Positions 34,000 to 39,468 of a DNA stretch of 64,000 nt are shown in pieces; position 1 is the stretch's first letter; the number at the start of each line of letters is the position of its first letter. Source of the stretch: an uncultured Alphaproteobacteria bacterium (GTDB lineage: Bacteria > Pseudomonadota > Alphaproteobacteria > HIMB59 > GCA-002718135); the NCBI GenBank assembly GCA_902585605.1, contig CACIED010000001.1, forward strand, positions 469,573-533,572, read 5' to 3'. The position numbers were made by a program, and so were the translations under genes. The notes beneath the pieces were generated by a model, which was not told the origin of the DNA, made no database searches, and saw only the letters and a program-made list of their open reading frames with translations.

Positions 34000-35347
34000 A
34001 ATTAAAATTTGTTAAACTTATTAGTAATCCTAATGCAAAAAAAACTTCAATTCCATACCAGTTTTTAAGTAAACTACCTGTCGACATTATTGGCCAAAAG
34101 AGTGTAAAAAAAATTATTAAGCTAAATTTGTTATTAATTGTATTAATATTTTTGATTATTTTTATGAAAATAAATATTAACATTATTAAAAATGAGATTA
34201 ATCCTATTAAACCAGTTTCGCTTAAAAATTGAATATAAATGTTGTGAGGGTGCGCACTACATTTTCCATAATTAATTTTTACAGAACTATATTTATTATC
34301 TGCTAGGCATGTATTTTCATAATTATTTAAACCTACACCAGTGATTTTATTATCCATCCACATTTTAAATGCATCTGAATAAATTCCAAAATAAACAGAT
34401 TTATCAAAGTATTTTATAACTTCAGTAAATTGTGGGTTTGTTTTTATTATTTTCGAACAGTTTACATTTTTATTTTCTGGACATGGTCCAAATTTTTCAA
34501 TTAACAATCCATGATGATAAGGCGTTGAGTCAATTATAGTATAATCATAATTCATTTTATGGTAATTATTTGTTAAAAAAATAAGTATAGATGAAAAGAC
34601 TATTGAAATAATTACAAGTTTTCTTTTATTTTTAATTAATAATAATAATAATACAATACCTAATGATGTTGTCGCAAATGCCATTGCTTCACCACTTAAC
34701 CATACTACAAAGCTAGCAAGGCTCAGGTACAAAATCAATGCTATATCAAAAGTATAGCTTTTATTTTTAATCAATAAAAAATAAAATATTGGAAAGAAAA
34801 TATACCTCGAAATATGTGATCCTGGAATATCATCACTAAAAGGACCTGTTAATCTTCCATAATGAGTTGATGTAAAACCGAATAAATCTGGTCCAAATCC
34901 TTGTAATGAATCATAATTTAAAAACTGATACAGGCAATCTATGGTAACAAACATTAAAGTAATTAAAATAATAATAATAAGAGTATATAAGCTTTTTTTT
35001 GAAACAATGAGCCAACAATTAATTGCAATACAAAATATAATGTATCTAATAAATATTAAAGACTCAGTAAGAGAGATGACGTAATTATTTGAAAAAAAAC
35101 TAGTAAAAACTAAAGAAGACCAAAAAAATAGTGAAGCAATGATCCAATGTTTTTTAATCCAAGTAAAGTTTCTATTAAAAATTGAAGCCAATAAAAAAAA
35201 GATACAAATAAGTGTAATTGAAATATCAGGTATAGCTGGTCCAGTTAGCAATGATATTGGTAATAAATATAATAAAATTATTGATATTTTTCTTAAATCA
35301 AATTTAATATAGCTTAACATAGAATTATTTATTATTTTATAAGACAT
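33977..35347 (-). CDS. O-antigen ligase / Wzy_C-family polytopic membrane protein (WaaL- or PglL-like)
   Basis: At least 10 predicted TM helices. A large loop ends in the family motif SAHPHNIYIQFLSETGLIG (H-x-H-N ... E-x-G). Confidence 0.65.
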   Translation of the reverse strand: MSYKIINNSMLSYIKFDLRKISIILLYLLPISLLTGPAIPDISITLICIFFLLASIFNRNFTWIKKHWIIASLFFWSSLVFTSFFSNNYVISLTESLIFIRYIIFCIAINCWLIVSKKSLYTLIIIILITLMFVTIDCLYQFLNYDSLQGFGPDLFGFTSTHYGRLTGPFSDDIPGSHISRYIFFPIFYFLLIKNKSYTFDIALILYLSLASFVVWLSGEAMAFATTSLGIVLLLLLIKNKRKLVIISIVFSSILIFLTNNYHKMNYDYTIIDSTPYHHGLLIEKFGPCPENKNVNCSKIIKTNPQFTEVIKYFDKSVYFGIYSDAFKMWMDNKITGVGLNNYENTCLADNKYSSVKINYGKCSAHPHNIYIQFLSETGLIGLISFLIMLIFIFIKIIKNINTINNKFSLIIFFTLFWPIMSTGSLLKNWYGIEVFFALGLLISLTNFNFTNQDET

Positions 35348-35349
35348 AG

Positions 35350-38091
35350 ATGAGCAAATTACAAAAATTAATACTTGTTGATGGTTCAGCTTATATATTT
35401 AGAGCTTACTATGGTTTACCTCCTATGAACAGATCAGATGGTACACCTATTAATGCAGTTTTTGGATTTACCAATATGCTTGTTAAACTTATAGAAGATT
35501 ATAGCAACGATAGAATGATAATAATTTTTGATGCCGCTAGGGAAAACTTTAGAAATAAAATTTATTCAGAATATAAAGCTAATAGAGGTGAAGCACCAGA
35601 CGATTTAATTCCACAATTTCCATTAATAAGAGATTGTGTAAAAAGCTTTAATATACCACAGCTAGAAATAGAAGGATATGAAGCAGATGATTTAATTGCA
35701 ACGTATGTTAATCTGGCAAAAAAAGATGATATTGAGACTATTATAGTATCCTCTGACAAAGATTTAATGCAGCTTGTGAGTAAAAAGGTGACAATGCTTG
35801 ATCCAATGAAAAACAAAAAAATTGAAATTAAAGATGTTGAGGAAAAATTTGGAGTCAAACCCGATAAAGTCATTTTTATTCAAGCTCTAACAGGTGATAA
35901 AGTAGATAACATCCCAGGTGCTCCAGGTATAGGCCCTAAGACAGCATCTCAATTAATAAATGAATATAATGATATTGATGGATTACTAAAAAATGTTGAT
36001 AAAATTAAACAAGAAAAAAGAAGAAACGTTTTAAGAGAGGCAGAAAAGGATATAAGAATAAGCTTAGAGCTAGTAACGCTAAAAAATGATGTCAAGATAC
36101 CTAAGAGCATTGATAAAATAAGAACTTATAATGAATTAAAAAATGAAAATAATAATATCTTTGATTTTCTTAAAGAGCAGGGCTTTAGATCAACATCTGA
36201 AAGATTAAAATCTAATTCTTTTATATCTGGTGATAATGATAACATCGTTCAAAAAAAACAAATACAGCCAAAGTATCAATTAATTAATTCAAAGAATAAT
36301 TTTGAAAAAGTTTTAAAAGAAATTGAAAAAAATGGCATTTGCGCCATTGATACTGAGACAAACTCACTTAATATAGAAAAAGCTAAATTAGTTGGTATAT
36401 CAATTTGTTGCAGTGAAAGTACTTCTTATTATATTCCTATAAACCATACTACTTTAGATGGTTCTAAAAAAATTGATAATCAGTTAGAGGAAAAATATGT
36501 AATTAATCATATTAAAAAAATATGTGAAAATGAATCGATCTTAAAAATTGGGCAAAACATAAAATATGATATTAGAATCTTAAATAAGTATGGAGTAATT
36601 TTTAATTCAATTGCAGACACTATGTTGCTTTCCTATTCAATTGATAATGGAATTTTTAAACACAATTTAGATGATCTATCATTTAATCATTTAAATCATA
36701 CAACAATTAAATATAAGGAAGTCGTTGGAACAGGGAAAAATGAAATCACTTTTGATAAAGTAACCATTGATAAGGCAATTAATTATGCTGCAGAAGATTC
36801 TCTATTAACATTCAGGCTTTTTCATCATCTCTATCCTCGTTCAGTAAAAGAAAAGACTAATTTTGTTTATCGAAACATCGATTTACCTCTTATAGAGGTA
36901 TTATCTTCAATCGAAGCAAATGGCATTGAGGTAAATAAAGTGTTTTTAACAAATCTAAGTTATGAATTTGAAAATGAAAGTAAAAAACTTGAAAAGAATA
37001 TTTACAAACTTTCAAAGAAAGAGTTCAATATTGGCTCACCAAAGCAATTAGGAGAGATATTATTTATTAATCTTAAAATACCTGGTGGAAAAAAAACAAA
37101 ATCAGGCACTTATTCTACTGATTCTTCAACTTTAAATAATTTAGCTTCAGAGGGATTTGAAATTGCTAAACTTGTTCTTGATTGGAGAGAGTTAACAAAG
37201 CTTAAATCAACATATACAGATGCTTTATTTAGATTAACAGATGGTAAAAGTAGAGTTCATACATCATTTGGTTTAGCTAATACACTAACTGGACGATTAA
37301 GCTCTACAGATCCTAATCTTCAAAATATTCCAATTAGAACTGAAAATGGCAAAAAAATAAGAACAGCATTTATTAGTGGAAAAGGAAAAAAACTAGTTAG
37401 TTTCGATTATTCACAAATAGAACTAAGATTGGCTGCAGAAATTTCAGGAGATAAAAATTTTATCAAAGCATTTAACAATAATGAAGACATTCATGCAGCA
37501 ACGGCTAAGGAAATATTTAGTTTGAAAGATAGTCAAATTAATAATGATTACAGAAGAAAAGCAAAAGCAATTAATTTTGGGATTCTATATGGCATTAGTC
37601 CATATGGTTTGGCAAAGCAACTTGATATTTCAAACACAGAAGCAAAAGATTACATAAATGAGTATTTTAATAAATATCCAAATATAAAAAAATACATGGA
37701 CCATCAAATCGATTTTGCAAAAACAAACCAATATGTTGAAACAATTTTTAAAAGAAAAATTAATATAAAAGGGATTACAGATAAGAATTTTGCTGTAAGA
37801 GGTTTCGCTGAAAGACAAGCTATTAATGCGCCAATACAAGGTAGTGCGGCTGATATTATTAAGTTAGCAATGATTGAAATTCATAAAGAAATAAAACTTA
37901 AAAACATTGAGGCAGAAATGCTTTTACAAGTACACGACGAACTGATTTTCGAAGTTGAAAGTAAAAAATATGATAATTTAGTAAGTAATGTAAAAACAAT
38001 TATGGAGTCAGTGCATTTAAAGTACAAAAATTTTTCAGTTCCATTAACCGTTGATTATGGAGCTGGTGATAATTGGGGTCAGGCACATTAA
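35350..38091 (+). CDS. polA: DNA polymerase I
   Basis: 5'-3' exonuclease N-domain, 3'-5' exonuclease (AIDTETNSL), and polymerase motifs A (DYSQIELR), B (RRKAKAINFGILYG) and C (QVHDEL). 913 aa. Confidence 0.97.
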   Translation: MSKLQKLILVDGSAYIFRAYYGLPPMNRSDGTPINAVFGFTNMLVKLIEDYSNDRMIIIFDAARENFRNKIYSEYKANRGEAPDDLIPQFPLIRDCVKSFNIPQLEIEGYEADDLIATYVNLAKKDDIETIIVSSDKDLMQLVSKKVTMLDPMKNKKIEIKDVEEKFGVKPDKVIFIQALTGDKVDNIPGAPGIGPKTASQLINEYNDIDGLLKNVDKIKQEKRRNVLREAEKDIRISLELVTLKNDVKIPKSIDKIRTYNELKNENNNIFDFLKEQGFRSTSERLKSNSFISGDNDNIVQKKQIQPKYQLINSKNNFEKVLKEIEKNGICAIDTETNSLNIEKAKLVGISICCSESTSYYIPINHTTLDGSKKIDNQLEEKYVINHIKKICENESILKIGQNIKYDIRILNKYGVIFNSIADTMLLSYSIDNGIFKHNLDDLSFNHLNHTTIKYKEVVGTGKNEITFDKVTIDKAINYAAEDSLLTFRLFHHLYPRSVKEKTNFVYRNIDLPLIEVLSSIEANGIEVNKVFLTNLSYEFENESKKLEKNIYKLSKKEFNIGSPKQLGEILFINLKIPGGKKTKSGTYSTDSSTLNNLASEGFEIAKLVLDWRELTKLKSTYTDALFRLTDGKSRVHTSFGLANTLTGRLSSTDPNLQNIPIRTENGKKIRTAFISGKGKKLVSFDYSQIELRLAAEISGDKNFIKAFNNNEDIHAATAKEIFSLKDSQINNDYRRKAKAINFGILYGISPYGLAKQLDISNTEAKDYINEYFNKYPNIKKYMDHQIDFAKTNQYVETIFKRKINIKGITDKNFAVRGFAERQAINAPIQGSAADIIKLAMIEIHKEIKLKNIEAEMLLQVHDELIFEVESKKYDNLVSNVKTIMESVHLKYKNFSVPLTVDYGAGDNWGQAH

Positions 38092-38100
38092 ATCTAATTT

Positions 38101-38229
38101 ATGCAAGTTAAAAAAAAAATTAAGAAAAAAAATCCCTATGCCCAAGATCTAAAATTACCTAAGTATAAACAAAGAATTGTTATGAGTAAAAGAACGTATA
38201 CGAGGAAGGGAAACAAAAAGTTTATTTAG
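38101..38229 (+). CDS. unlisted small ORF, 42 aa, 16 Lys/Arg; ArfA-like (alternative ribosome-rescue factor) motif
   Basis: Own translation: MQVKKKIKKKNPYAQDLKLPKYKQRIVMSKRTYTRKGNKKFI*. It fills the polA-grx spacer. The N-x8-P-x-[FY]-[KR]-Q-R-[IV] ... [ST]-Y-x-R-K-G pattern resembles the ArfA core. No search was run. Confidence 0.35.
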   Translation: MQVKKKIKKKNPYAQDLKLPKYKQRIVMSKRTYTRKGNKKFI

Positions 38230-38465
38230 AATTCTTCATCAAAGGTATTCACTTCAAACCATTTTTCAAGCTCATGATATCCTCCAATTTTTTCACCATT
38301 TAAAATTATTTGAGGAAAGGTTTTTGCGTTCGGAAACTTTTCAAAAAAATCTTCTCTCGTATAATCTGTATCAAGCATATAAATCTTTGGATTATATTTA
38401 GCTAACCTTAGTTTAGCTCTGTCACAGTATCCACAATTAGTTTTAGAATATATCTCTGCTTCCAT
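38226..38465 (-). CDS. glutaredoxin (RNR-associated, Grx1/NrdH-like role)
   Basis: CGYC active site and TFPQIILNGEKIGGY (Grx GSH-site-like). Last gene of the nrdA-nrdB-grx operon. The ATG at 38465-38463 shares one nt with the nrdB TGA (TGATG). The ORF track begins one codon earlier at TTG 38468. Confidence 0.8.
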   Translation of the reverse strand: MEAEIYSKTNCGYCDRAKLRLAKYNPKIYMLDTDYTREDFFEKFPNAKTFPQIILNGEKIGGYHELEKWFEVNTFDEEF

Positions 38466-39454
38466 CAAAATGCTTCATCAAAACTTAAAGCTCTATCTGT
38501 AGGTCTTTGATACTCAGATACTCTTTTTTCAAAAAAGTTTGTTACGTTTTGAACATCCAATGCTCTCATAAAATCAAAAGGATTCTCTGTTTTAAAGACT
38601 CTGTCAAATTCAAATAGATCAGCAATTCTGTCTGCAACAGCTTCGATATACTGACACATTAAATCAGCATTCATACCAATTAAATCTACTGGTAGTGCAT
38701 CTTTCACAAATTCTTTTTCAAAAGCTACTGCTTCTCTAACAATTTCTTCAAATTGTGATTGAGGTACGTCTGAAGGAATTAGAGATAAATCACTAATATC
38801 AGCATCAGTTAATGTTTTATTATTAAACTTATCTCTTAAAGTTCTAAACATTAATGATGAGAAGCTAAAGTGCATTCCTTCATCTCTTGCAATCCAATCA
38901 TTAGATAAGGCTAAACCAGGCAGTAAACCTCTTTTTCTAAAATAATATATTGCACAGAAAGAGCCTGCAAAAAATAAACCTTCAACTAATCCAAATCCTA
39001 TTAGTCTTGTTAATAAATTTTGACTACCATTGAGCCATTTTGATACCCATTTTGCTTTATGGTTAATACATGGTACGTTTTGTATTGCATCAAAAAGCAT
39101 ATCCTTTTCTTTTGTATCTTTTACATAAGCCTCAATTTGAAGACCATACATCTCTGCATGAATTGATTCATTCAACATTTGCATGGATATGAAACATCTC
39201 GCTTCAGGAATTAAAATTTCTTTGTAGAACCTACTAGCTAGGTTTTCGTTAATCATTGCTTCGGAGTTAGCAAAATATGCAAGTACGTGCTTAATAAAAT
39301 GCTTTTCACCATCATTTAAAGTTTCAAGATCTCTTAAATCATCCTGCAATGATACTTCTTCGGTTGTCCAAAAGGCTTGTATATGTTGTTTGTATCTATC
39401 CCAAATTTCTTGGTTTTTTATTGGAAATATTGATTTAACGCCTTTTGATATCAT
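38465..39454 (-). CDS. nrdB: class Ia ribonucleotide reductase beta subunit (eukaryote-like R2)
   Basis: Di-iron ligand segments (NESIHAEMY, EGLFFAGSF, RDEGMHFSF). C-terminal tail ...LSFDEAF is like eukaryotic ...DADF tails. Confidence 0.95.
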   Translation of the reverse strand: MISKGVKSIFPIKNQEIWDRYKQHIQAFWTTEEVSLQDDLRDLETLNDGEKHFIKHVLAYFANSEAMINENLASRFYKEILIPEARCFISMQMLNESIHAEMYGLQIEAYVKDTKEKDMLFDAIQNVPCINHKAKWVSKWLNGSQNLLTRLIGFGLVEGLFFAGSFCAIYYFRKRGLLPGLALSNDWIARDEGMHFSFSSLMFRTLRDKFNNKTLTDADISDLSLIPSDVPQSQFEEIVREAVAFEKEFVKDALPVDLIGMNADLMCQYIEAVADRIADLFEFDRVFKTENPFDFMRALDVQNVTNFFEKRVSEYQRPTDRALSFDEAF

Positions 39455-39468
39455 TCTTTACTCCTTCT

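Noticed and set aside
28938-35347. The glycan islet as a mobile genetic element or prophage remnant.
   Set aside because: It has no integrase, transposase or phage genes, no flanking tRNA, and no direct repeats at the boundaries. The boundaries are instead tight translational or divergent junctions with core genes (regA, polA). It is better described as a hypervariable-type envelope locus.
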